DNA from: Sedimentisphaerales bacterium
GTDB lineage: Bacteria; Planctomycetota; Phycisphaerae; Sedimentisphaerales; SM23-30
Length of the DNA: 64,000 nt
Assembly: GCA_963666285.1 (NCBI GenBank)
Contig: OY762711.1
Reading direction: 5' to 3' (one strand)
The translations under genes were made by a program, and so were the position numbers. A model generated the notes under the pieces. The model searched no databases, was not told the DNA's origin, and worked only from the letters and a program-made list of their open reading frames with translations. Numbering within the stretch: the stretch's first letter is position 1; each line of letters starts with the position of its first letter. This document shows, piece after piece, positions 10,403 through 19,769 of the stretch.

Positions 10403-13400
10403 ATGAGAAAAGTACACAAGTGTTTATTAGCTATTTTATTGTGCCTGTCGCTGCAGTGCGTAGTAACTGCGGCAGTATGGGAGATTTCACCCTGGACAGA
10501 TGATGCATCTTCCGGCATCGATTCGTCAAAGACTTATACCCATACAATCAATTTTTCGTACCAAACAGCCCCGACTGTGAATGGGGTAGAATTTGTTCTT
10601 TGTTGGGGAAGTTTTGCGAATGGATCGGCAAATGGTGGTGGATGGATTGACTGGGATGATGGTAATAATGTTGCGGGTGACAGTTACGAGTTGAGCAGGG
10701 ATTTCCATTATGGTAACACTTCGTTTGTTCTGTCAGGCCTAACTCCTGGTGGTGTATATGAATTAACATTTTTCAGTACTGCCTGGGAAGACGGTACCCG
10801 TACGGTTACACTAACAGATCAATATGGTACTTTTACATTCAATCAGGATGAATATGGCAACAACAATGGTATCAAGATTGTTGGTATTTATACTGCAGAT
10901 GCCGACGGTAAGCTTAATTTAACCACAGTTGGAGATTTTCATATTTATGCGTTTGCTAACTGTGAATACACCGGTGATTTGCCAGTTGTTGTTAACCCGG
11001 TTAGTCCGGATGATTTTGAAGGCGGTAATCGTTTCCCGACAGATACCGCTCTTACCTGGGCAGAAGAATTTGCCGGTAGTCTGCCAAATCCGGCGTTTGA
11101 TGTTTATTTTTCCACTGATGAAGCCATGGTAACCTCAATGGATTCTGAAGCACTGGTAAGTGCCAAGCAGGCAGAGTATAGCTATAGCCCGACTCTGGAT
11201 CCAAATGCTCTTTATTATTGGAGAGTTGCCACATATTCTGATACGGCAGATGTCGATCCAAACCAAATTACAGCTGTTAGAGCACTAAGAACAGTTTATG
11301 AGGAAGAACACTGGACAGATTCATCCTGGACTGATGACTCAGATTCAGGTATCAGTACCGGTAAGGTTTATACTCATAAAGTAAACTTTAACTCAACTGA
11401 ATCAGCCAAGACCCTGGTAAATGGCGTTTACTTTGAAAATGACGGCGACTACTCAGGTTCTGACTGGTCTTTGGCCGGAGCTGGAAGTGGTACCGGGCAA
11501 AGTCACAATATAGCCGGTGACGGCGGAACGCTGGTTACAAATATGTACTATGGTGCAGATGCGGTATTAACTCTTACCGGTCTGACACCGGGCGAAGATT
11601 ACGTATTTACCAAGTACGTTCAGGGCTGGGGCGATCCAAAAGGTCGTCTGGTACAATTTATTACCAGTGCTGACAACCGTACCACTACACTGGATGGAAA
11701 TATTGACGGTAACGGCAACGGTCATCTGTTTAAATATGCTTATACCGCACCTGCTTCAGGTGAGCTGGTAGTCACATTTGAGCCTCTAAGTTCCAATGAC
11801 ACATGGCATCATTATGCTTTCAGTAATGAAATAGCGGTTCCTGCTTACCTGGATCCAACACCGCTTCCAGGTGCAAGTGTAAGCTATGATGTTGAGCTTA
11901 GCTGGGAATTGAATGGTGATGTAGTTAACCCAACCTATAATTTGAAAGTGGCAACAGATGAGGCAATGACAAATCTGGCTGTTAACCAAACAGGTTTGTC
12001 AGCTACAGCTTTGACACCGTATCTTGCTAATGATACCGAATATTACTGGCAGGTAGAGATAGTTGAAGATGGTGGTTCGGTTATTTATACCAGCCCGGTA
12101 TGGAGCTTTATAACCACACCTCCGCAGGATGCCTTGAAGGTTATCGAATGGAAGTTTGATGAAACTACCGGCACAATAGCCGAGCAGACAGGTCCGACAG
12201 AAGATGCTGATGGTATCCTGGTTGGTTTTAATGATCCTAATACTCCTGGCGTATCACATGTTGCCGGTCTGGTAAATAACGGCCTGTATTTGAACGGCAG
12301 GGATGAGTATGTTGACGTGAGCAATGCTTATGTTTATATGCCGACAGCCGCGGGTCAATCATTTGCGATTTCCGGTTACATTCGTACATTTGATAATTAC
12401 GGTCCTATTTTCTCAATGCGTAATTCAGACGATGAGAATCCTATCATTGATATTGCCCTGGGTGCTGACGGTGTTCAGACTCAGTCAGGTAAGATCTGTG
12501 TGCTGGTTCGTGATGATAATTACTCAATGAGTAATATGAATTCCGGTATCAAAGTTAATGACGGCCGCTGGCATAACTTTATTGTTACCCGTATTGGTGA
12601 CAAATGGACTCTTTATGTTGACGGAGAATCTCGTGCAGTTATCAATGGTGCTGCAACCGGAAATGTTGATCTGAACCTTATGGCAATCGGAACATCACTT
12701 CGCTGGATCATGGATGGCTGGGGTATTTCAAATAGTGTATTAAGAGATTTCCATGGTATTATGGATGAGTTTGCAATATGGGACGGCGAGCTTCTGCCAA
12801 GTCAGATTGCAGCACTTGCATCTATAGTTCCGGGTCAGGGTGATGTAGACTTTGATATGGATACAGATATCGATGACCTGGCCGGATTGACATCAAACTG
12901 GCTGGCTGATACCACTACTGAAGTTCAGGCTGATGCAGTTCTTGAAGATATGGAAACCTATGCAGACGGTCAGGAATCAGTTTCAGCAAACTGGCCATAT
13001 ACAGCGGAAGATGATTTTGGTGACCTCGTTCTGACAGTTATTCCAGATCCAAATCTGCCAAGTCACGGCCAGATTTTGAAGATGGACTATGACTTCAGCA
13101 CTGGTGGACTGCATGCTCATATTCCTGTTGAACTTCCTAATCGTGGTGTAGCTCTTGGTCTTTACGATCAGATGGATATTACCCTGAAGAAACTTCCGGG
13201 CTGTGATATTTCAGATATTATCCTTGATATATATGACGCTCGCGGCAAAGTGAATCCGACAGAGGATGATCTGTATAATATAGGTCGTATAACTATTGGA
13301 ATTTCTGATATTGCTGTTAATGAATGGGTAACTGTCAGTGGTGCTATTCCTGATACTGAAGACATGGAAAGCTGTTCGGATCTTTACCTGATATCGTTCT

Positions 13401-13579
13401 CTATTCAGGATGGCGGCGAAGATATTGGCAGTATGTATATTGACAGTATGGTTCTAACCGACGCGACAGAGGACTGTGTCCCTGAGATCGGCCAGATGAT
13501 ACCGGACTTCAATGGTGACTGTACTGTGAATCTGACTGATTTCGCTGATATTGCTGAAGGCTGGTTAAGTTCTAACTAA
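10403..13579 (+). CDS. Large secreted modular protein: two copies of an uncharacterised ~165-aa domain, LamG, dockerin-like pair split by a CBM-like insert
   Basis: GGAGG RBS, signal peptide, repeats WTDD..SGI..K.YTH..NF...YAF.N, LamG (WKFDE..NDGRWH..FHGIMDEF), GDVDFDMDTDIDDL...WL and PDFNGDCTVNLTDF...WL. Confidence 0.8.
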   Translation: MRKVHKCLLAILLCLSLQCVVTAAVWEISPWTDDASSGIDSSKTYTHTINFSYQTAPTVNGVEFVLCWGSFANGSANGGGWIDWDDGNNVAGDSYELSRDFHYGNTSFVLSGLTPGGVYELTFFSTAWEDGTRTVTLTDQYGTFTFNQDEYGNNNGIKIVGIYTADADGKLNLTTVGDFHIYAFANCEYTGDLPVVVNPVSPDDFEGGNRFPTDTALTWAEEFAGSLPNPAFDVYFSTDEAMVTSMDSEALVSAKQAEYSYSPTLDPNALYYWRVATYSDTADVDPNQITAVRALRTVYEEEHWTDSSWTDDSDSGISTGKVYTHKVNFNSTESAKTLVNGVYFENDGDYSGSDWSLAGAGSGTGQSHNIAGDGGTLVTNMYYGADAVLTLTGLTPGEDYVFTKYVQGWGDPKGRLVQFITSADNRTTTLDGNIDGNGNGHLFKYAYTAPASGELVVTFEPLSSNDTWHHYAFSNEIAVPAYLDPTPLPGASVSYDVELSWELNGDVVNPTYNLKVATDEAMTNLAVNQTGLSATALTPYLANDTEYYWQVEIVEDGGSVIYTSPVWSFITTPPQDALKVIEWKFDETTGTIAEQTGPTEDADGILVGFNDPNTPGVSHVAGLVNNGLYLNGRDEYVDVSNAYVYMPTAAGQSFAISGYIRTFDNYGPIFSMRNSDDENPIIDIALGADGVQTQSGKICVLVRDDNYSMSNMNSGIKVNDGRWHNFIVTRIGDKWTLYVDGESRAVINGAATGNVDLNLMAIGTSLRWIMDGWGISNSVLRDFHGIMDEFAIWDGELLPSQIAALASIVPGQGDVDFDMDTDIDDLAGLTSNWLADTTTEVQADAVLEDMETYADGQESVSANWPYTAEDDFGDLVLTVIPDPNLPSHGQILKMDYDFSTGGLHAHIPVELPNRGVALGLYDQMDITLKKLPGCDISDIILDIYDARGKVNPTEDDLYNIGRITIGISDIAVNEWVTVSGAIPDTEDMESCSDLYLISFSIQDGGEDIGSMYIDSMVLTDATEDCVPEIGQMIPDFNGDCTVNLTDFADIAEGWLSSN

Positions 13580-13609
13580 TTCTTTAAGTAGTAATAAATA
13601 GTAATACAG

Positions 13610-13642
13610 CTGGCAGGGGTGAGAAATTGTCCCTGCCAGTTT
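13610..13642 (+). terminator. Probable rho-independent terminator
   Basis: CTGGCAGGG-N12-CCCTGCCAG followed by TTT/AT-rich tail. Confidence 0.6.
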
Positions 13643-13676
13643 ATTATATACCGCCGGGTGTAGCGGTTTTGATATT

Positions 13677-13773
13677 AGAGCAGTTTAATTTTTATGATTC
13701 GCGTCACTTTGTGGCGTGTTCGCTTTTTGCCTATTGCGGCTTCGGCTGATTTCATCAAAAAATAAAGTGCTCT
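13677..13773. mobile_element. Possible MITE-like element (97 bp, ~21-bp imperfect terminal inverted repeats)
   Basis: Left AGAGCAGTTTAATTTTTATGA versus right reverse complement AGAGCACTTTATTTTTTGATGA; internal small hairpins; no ORF. Confidence 0.4.
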
Positions 13774-13921
13774 GGAAAATAGAAGTAGAAAGTATTTGCT
13801 TATAGATCCATAACCAGGATTTTGGGCATGAGAGTTGAAGGTATTGATTCATACTGTAGATATTAATTGCATTATGTATGAATCATAAGATTATTAATCA
13901 ATTATCTAATGGAGACTTTTG

Positions 13922-16900
13922 ATGAAGCGTCAAGCATTTATATGGCTAGCGGTATTGAATTTGTTTGTTTCAGGGATCATTTTCCAGGATGCGGCATCGG
14001 CAGCGGAGCTGGAGGCGGGATATTTACGGTGTGAATATCGCGTGGACCCGCTTGGAATCGATGTGTTGAATCCCAGGTTGAGCTGGGTGTTAGAGTCTGA
14101 CCAGAGAGGTCAGGGGCAGAGTGCTTACCAGGTGCTGGCAGCTTCAACATTAGATAAACTTGAGCAGGGCCAGGGCGACCTGTGGAATTCCGGGAAAGTC
14201 AGTAGTGACGAGACGGCAGCAGTTAAGTATGCCGGTTCGACACTTACATCTCACCAGGAATGTTTCTGGAAGGTCAGGGTATGGGATAAAGACGGTACAG
14301 ATTGCGGCTGGAGCAGTCCGGCGAAATGGTCTATGGGGCTATTGCAAAGTTCAGATTGGCAGGCACGCTGGATAGGTTATGACCCGGCAGAAGCAGATCT
14401 GACAGTTCCGGATATTGTCAAGCAGGCTAACTGGATCTGGTCTGATGCCAATGCAGAGCAAGGTACGGAAGTTGGAGACAGGTTTTTCAGATATACATTT
14501 GATATTCCCGCAGGCAGTCAGATTGACAGTGCGATGTGTTATATAACCTGTGATGACGGCTTTGAGTTATTCGTTAACGGTCAGTCGGCCAAGGACGGTA
14601 CAAGTCACAGTATTCTGCACAAGGCAGATCTTATCAGTTTTTTGAAAAGCGGCAGCAACGTACTGGCAGTTCGCGGCACAAATAATGGGACCTCAAATAA
14701 TCCAGCGGCATTGCTGGCAGCCATGGAAGTGAAGTTAGTGAGCGGTGCGACAGTTCAGGTTGTTACAAACAGCCAGTGGAAGGCAAAACTGCAGGAAGCC
14801 GATGGCTGGAATAGAAATGATTATGATGATTCGCTATGGGGTAATGCATATACGTTTGGCAATTACGGTAACTCTACCTGGGGCAGCCCGTCAATTCAGC
14901 ATCTGCCGCCATCCCGCTATCTGCGAAACGAATGGACTTTGGCTGACAAAGAAATCAAGAGAGCAGTTCTTTATGTAACGGCATTAGGTAATTACGAAGT
15001 TTATGTAAACGGTCAGCGTGTAACCAATGATTATTTTTCACCCGGCTGGACAGATTATACCAGAAGGGTATATTATCGAACCTATGAAATAACCGATACA
15101 TTACAGAATGGTGATAATGCTATTGGCGCTGTTCTGGCCGATGGCTGGTATGCCGGTTATGTAGGCTATGCCAGGGAGCGAAATCATTATGGCGAAAAAT
15201 TACGGCTGGCCTGCCATGTAAATGTTGAATATGCCGACGGCAGCCGCCAGGTTGTTGGTTCCGGTACAGACTGGAAAGCGTCCCTTGGTCCGCTGGCATA
15301 TGCAGATTTTCTGCAGGGTGAATATTATGATGCCCGCAAGGAGCTGACCGGCTGGGACTACCCCGGTTATGATGATACCGGCTGGGAGCCGGTTGTGGCC
15401 GGGACTGACGAGGTTAGCCCGCAAGTTCAGGCGGCAGTGTCAGAGCCGGTAGTAGTTTATGCCGAGGTTAAGCCAATATCTGTAGCGGAACCCGAATCTG
15501 GAACATATGTATTCAATATGGGTCAGAACTTTGCCGGTTTTGTCCGTTTGAAGATATCAGGTCAGGCCGGTCAGAAGATTCAGCTTAGACATGCCGAAAG
15601 ACTTAACCCGGACGGAACAATTTATACCACAAACCTTCGCAGCGCGTCGGCGACCGATACCTATATATGTAAAGGTGATGGAGTTGAAATCTGGCAGCCA
15701 TACTTTACCTTCCATGGTTTTCAGTATGTCGAGTTGACAGGTGTTGATTCGACTCCTTCGCTGGATGCCGTTACCGGTCTGGCTGTCAGTAGTGACACAC
15801 CAGTAGTTGGTACTTTCGAGTGTTCAGACAAGATGGTAAATAAGATCCAGCAGAATGCATTGTGGACCCAGCGGATGAACTTTATTGATATTCCGACTGA
15901 CTGTCCGCAGCGTGATGAAAGACTTGGCTGGACTGGTGATGCTCAGGTATATATCAATACTGCATGCTACCAGACAGATGTCCAGGCGTTCTTTACCAAG
16001 TGGATTACCGATCTGAACGATGCTCAGCGTGAGGATGGCCAGTTCCCAACGGTTGCTCCTTTGAAAGTTTCCGGTGGAGACGGCGGTCCGGCCTGGGCTG
16101 ATGCCGGTGTTATCTGTCCGTGGACTATTTACAAGATGTACGGCGATAAGCAGATAATAGCGAACAGTTATGAACCGATGAAGCAATTTATCGCATTCTG
16201 TAAGAACCGCTGCACCAGCGAGCTGCTGCCTCCGAGCAGTTTCCACTGTTTTGGTGACTGGGTGAATATCAACGATAATACGCCAAACGAAGTTATCTTT
16301 ATGGCATATTTCGGTTACAGTACAAACCTGCTGGCCCAGATGGCCGAGGTTCTGGGATATACTGCTGATGCCGCGGAATATCGTGATTTATTCGAGCAGA
16401 TTAAGACTTCGTTCAATAATGCTTATGTTGCGGATGATGGTAAGATCAATGGTGACAGTCAGTGTGCGTATGTTCTGGCGATTGCCTATGACCTGCTGGA
16501 TGAAGATACTCAGAAGCTGGCAGCCAAACACCTGGTCAGACGTATTAAGGAATGCAACTGGCATCTTTCAACCGGTTTTGTAGGGACAAAAGACCTTATG
16601 CTGGCATTAGCCAAGATAGATCGTAATGATATTGCTTACCGCCTGCTGCATAATGAGACATTCCCGTCATGGGGTTTCTCTATTAAAAATGGAGCGACCT
16701 CGATCTGGGAACGATGGAACGGCTGGACCCCGGAAGACGGTTTTAACGATCCGGGTATGAACTCGTTTGCTCATTATTCATTTGGTGCGGTATGCCAGTG
16801 GATGTTTGAAAATATCGGTGGTATCAAGCCGGGCAGTGCCGGGTTTGGGGAAGTTGTTATCAAGCCGGAGCCGGATGATAAGATAAAATGGGCTAATGTA

Positions 16901-17410
16901 ACCTACAATTCTATTCGTGGTCCGATTGAGTCATCCTGGAAAGTGACCGGTTCGAATTTCGAATGTAAGGTAGCAGTGCCGGCCGGTACTACGGCGACCG
17001 TGTATATAATGGCTAATGATCCGGAAGAAGTAACCGAATCAGGGCTGAAAGCAAAGAATTCAGACGGTGTGAGCTACGTTGGTTTTGACGGCAAGTTTGC
17101 TATCTTCGAGGTAGTTTCAGGCAGCTATACCTTTAATTCAAAGATTAAATGGAAAGTGTCGGCCTGGTCTGGTGATGAGGATTCCGGTATAAGTGTTGGT
17201 AAAGTATACACGCATACGGTAAACCTTAATGCCGATGAATCGCTAAGTACCGTAGTAAATGGTGTAGTTTTTGAAAATGATAACGATCGCCAGGGTGATA
17301 ACTGGTATCTGTCAGGAGCACCTTATACTCATAGCTCGGCTCAGAGTGCTGTTGATGGTGAATCCGGAGGGATGCTGACAGATTTTTTTACTTTGAGCCT
17401 GCTCAGCTGA
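13922..17410 (+). CDS. Alpha-L-rhamnosidase, GH78 (N-terminal part of a probable frameshifted ~1830-aa gene)
   Basis: Signal peptide; LRCEY..PLGID..PRLSW; DCPQRDERLGWTGD; ATSIWERW; MNSFAHY; CBM67-like insert (CDDGFELFVNG..NPAALL); GGAGA RBS before ATG 13922. Confidence 0.92.
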   Translation: MKRQAFIWLAVLNLFVSGIIFQDAASAAELEAGYLRCEYRVDPLGIDVLNPRLSWVLESDQRGQGQSAYQVLAASTLDKLEQGQGDLWNSGKVSSDETAAVKYAGSTLTSHQECFWKVRVWDKDGTDCGWSSPAKWSMGLLQSSDWQARWIGYDPAEADLTVPDIVKQANWIWSDANAEQGTEVGDRFFRYTFDIPAGSQIDSAMCYITCDDGFELFVNGQSAKDGTSHSILHKADLISFLKSGSNVLAVRGTNNGTSNNPAALLAAMEVKLVSGATVQVVTNSQWKAKLQEADGWNRNDYDDSLWGNAYTFGNYGNSTWGSPSIQHLPPSRYLRNEWTLADKEIKRAVLYVTALGNYEVYVNGQRVTNDYFSPGWTDYTRRVYYRTYEITDTLQNGDNAIGAVLADGWYAGYVGYARERNHYGEKLRLACHVNVEYADGSRQVVGSGTDWKASLGPLAYADFLQGEYYDARKELTGWDYPGYDDTGWEPVVAGTDEVSPQVQAAVSEPVVVYAEVKPISVAEPESGTYVFNMGQNFAGFVRLKISGQAGQKIQLRHAERLNPDGTIYTTNLRSASATDTYICKGDGVEIWQPYFTFHGFQYVELTGVDSTPSLDAVTGLAVSSDTPVVGTFECSDKMVNKIQQNALWTQRMNFIDIPTDCPQRDERLGWTGDAQVYINTACYQTDVQAFFTKWITDLNDAQREDGQFPTVAPLKVSGGDGGPAWADAGVICPWTIYKMYGDKQIIANSYEPMKQFIAFCKNRCTSELLPPSSFHCFGDWVNINDNTPNEVIFMAYFGYSTNLLAQMAEVLGYTADAAEYRDLFEQIKTSFNNAYVADDGKINGDSQCAYVLAIAYDLLDEDTQKLAAKHLVRRIKECNWHLSTGFVGTKDLMLALAKIDRNDIAYRLLHNETFPSWGFSIKNGATSIWERWNGWTPEDGFNDPGMNSFAHYSFGAVCQWMFENIGGIKPGSAGFGEVVIKPEPDDKIKWANVTYNSIRGPIESSWKVTGSNFECKVAVPAGTTATVYIMANDPEEVTESGLKAKNSDGVSYVGFDGKFAIFEVVSGSYTFNSKIKWKVSAWSGDEDSGISVGKVYTHTVNLNADESLSTVVNGVVFENDNDRQGDNWYLSGAPYTHSSAQSAVDGESGGMLTDFFTLSLLS

Positions 17411-19407
17411 TTTTGAGCGGGCTGGTGCCAGGTGAAGAATATGTACTGACTCAATATGCAAGAGGATATAGCGATCCCGGCGGTCGCGAGGTGTATATTG
17501 AGTCGAGCGATGATGGTGCTGTAATTATGATCGACCAGAATATGTATGGCGATCAGCAGGGCTGTATATTTAAGTACAGTTATACTGCCCCGGCATCCGG
17601 TGAGATAATATTGAGCTATACAGCATTAAATCCGGCAGATACCTGGCATCATTATGCGTTCAGTAATGAACTGGCAACTTCGATATATATAGAACCTGTG
17701 CCGGCTCCAGCCGAAGAGATAAGTATTTATGATCTTCTAGGCTGGAGCTTAATCGGGCCTGTCGATGATCCGGTTTACCGGGTAAAGCTGGCAACTGATG
17801 CGGCTATGTCTAACCTGGTAGTAGATGTCAGTGGTTTGACAGCAACGAGTTTTGACCCTGACCTGACATCGGAAACAGATTACTACTGGCAAATAGAGGT
17901 TACCGATGCCGGAGAAGTGGTACATACCAGCCCGGTGTGGTCATTTTCTACTTTGCCGGTGCCGCCGGATGCGGTGAAACTGCTCGAATGGAAGTTTGAT
18001 GAAACGAGCGGAACAATTGCCGAACAGACCGGCGAGGTTGATGGCGGTGATGGCGTTTTGACCGGTTTTGATAGTCCTGCAAATTCAAGAATTGCCGGCC
18101 TGGTGAATAACGGGCTATACCTTAACGGCAAGGATGAGTATGTGGATGTCAGCGGTGCTTATAGTTTGATGCCGGTTGCAGATGGTCAGTCGTTTGTAGT
18201 TTCCGGGTATCTGTGTACTTTTGATGATTACGGTCCGCTGTTTTCGATGCGTAACTCTGCCAATGAAAATCCTATTATTGATATTGCCCTCGGTGTCGAC
18301 GGAGTGCAGGTGGAGCCGGGAAATGTGTGTGTGCTTGTTCGTGACGATAGCGGTTCAATGAGTTATATGAATTCCGGTATGACCATAAATGACGGGCGCT
18401 GGCATAATTTTATTGTCGCTCGTTCAGTCAGTACCTGGACGCTTTATATTGACGGTGTATCACTGGCAGTTATTGATAATGCCGCGGCCGGTAATCTTGA
18501 CTTTGACATGATGGCGATAGGTACCTCGCTGCGCTGGATAGCAGATAACTGGCAGCCGCAATATAATTATTATAGAGATTTTCAGGGTATCGTGGATGAG
18601 TTTACCGTTTGGGAAGGCGAACTTCAACCGCCTCAGTTTGAAGAATTGATAGCCAGATTGTCATCGGATGAAGATATTAATTTTGATCATGCAATAGATA
18701 TTGGAGATTTGTCAAAGCTGGCATATGACTGGATTGATAGTGCCTGGCTGGCGGTCCAGCCGGATGCGGTATTGGATGATATGGACGCTTACGGTTCGGG
18801 CCAGTATGAATTTTCAGACTACTGGCAGTTTGTTTCTGAATCAGGTTACGGTAATATTGATATTTCAATAGTGAATGATTCAGAGGGAATCTATGGTCAG
18901 GTTCTGCTGATGGATTATGATTTCAGCGGCAGTCAATATGCCAGGGTACAGCAAAAAGTCTTTAATCGAGGAATAAATTTAGGTGTTTACGATAAGGTAA
19001 GCATTCGGCTGAAAAAACCGGTTGGCTGTGAGATAACCAAAGTCACTCTTGATTTTTATGATGGTCGTGACAAATCTGCTCCTGCGGCTGCTGATTTATA
19101 TCATAAAGGAAGTATTGACATTGATATTTCAAGTGTCGCTGTTGGCGAGTGGGTAACAGCTGCGAGTATTATCCCGGAGGGAGCCTCGGTTTTGAGAGGT
19201 TGTACCGATGTTTACCAGGTCGTACTTTCGATTGAAGATGGCGGTCAGGATGCCGGGACACTGCTGGTCGATAGTATCTACCTGTCGGATTATACCGAAG
19301 ATTGCATTTTGCAGGTTAACAGCGGGGCGGCGGACATTAATTATGACTGTGTCGTAGATATGTATGATTTTGAAAAGCTGGCGGAAAGCTGGCTTAATAC
19401 AAACTGA
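17383..19407 (+). CDS. -1-frame continuation of the GH78 gene (LamG + split dockerin-like module paralogous to 10403..13579)
   Basis: Frame is open from the T7 run at 17383 (FFYFEPAQLILSGL...), aligns without gaps to 10403..13579 across the junction, and has no own signal peptide or clear RBS. The track calls it from TTG 17413. Confidence 0.8.
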   Translation, partial: FFYFEPAQLILSGLVPGEEYVLTQYARGYSDPGGREVYIESSDDGAVIMIDQNMYGDQQGCIFKYSYTAPASGEIILSYTALNPADTWHHYAFSNELATSIYIEPVPAPAEEISIYDLLGWSLIGPVDDPVYRVKLATDAAMSNLVVDVSGLTATSFDPDLTSETDYYWQIEVTDAGEVVHTSPVWSFSTLPVPPDAVKLLEWKFDETSGTIAEQTGEVDGGDGVLTGFDSPANSRIAGLVNNGLYLNGKDEYVDVSGAYSLMPVADGQSFVVSGYLCTFDDYGPLFSMRNSANENPIIDIALGVDGVQVEPGNVCVLVRDDSGSMSYMNSGMTINDGRWHNFIVARSVSTWTLYIDGVSLAVIDNAAAGNLDFDMMAIGTSLRWIADNWQPQYNYYRDFQGIVDEFTVWEGELQPPQFEELIARLSSDEDINFDHAIDIGDLSKLAYDWIDSAWLAVQPDAVLDDMDAYGSGQYEFSDYWQFVSESGYGNIDISIVNDSEGIYGQVLLMDYDFSGSQYARVQQKVFNRGINLGVYDKVSIRLKKPVGCEITKVTLDFYDGRDKSAPAAADLYHKGSIDIDISSVAVGEWVTAASIIPEGASVLRGCTDVYQVVLSIEDGGQDAGTLLVDSIYLSDYTEDCILQVNSGAADINYDCVVDMYDFEKLAESWLNTN

Positions 19408-19487
19408 TATTGATTTTATATTATAGGCACCCTCTGTTATGAGGTTGTCTATAAAATTAACCTCCTCTTCTCATTGGGGTATGAATT

Positions 19488-19520
19488 AGCCAGGGTATAT
19501 TTATCCTGGCTTTTATTTTT
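19488..19520 (+). terminator. Rho-independent terminator
   Basis: AGCCAGG-N10-CCTGGCT followed by TTTATTTTT. Confidence 0.65.
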
Positions 19521-19769
19521 GTTGGTTTGTAAGTTCTTTTCTTTATTTTGTTTAGGTCTTTGTCTTGGTTAGGGTTGGATGTTGGGGGTGTGAAAATCTT
19601 TTTAAAAATGGCAGAATTATTTTGAGTTCTGCCACTATCCTGAGTATAGTGATTCTAGAGGTATGTTCAGGTTCCTGGAGGAATGAGTTACCCCGAGGTA
19701 TTTTGTACATATTTGCTGGTGTGTTTTGGTTATACAAAATTCAAAAATTGAAAAATGAGGTCAATAAAA

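Noticed and set aside
17413..19407. Independent 664-aa gene starting at TTG 17413
   Set aside because: Starts mid-domain with no signal peptide or clear RBS; paralog alignment shows it continues the upstream ORF
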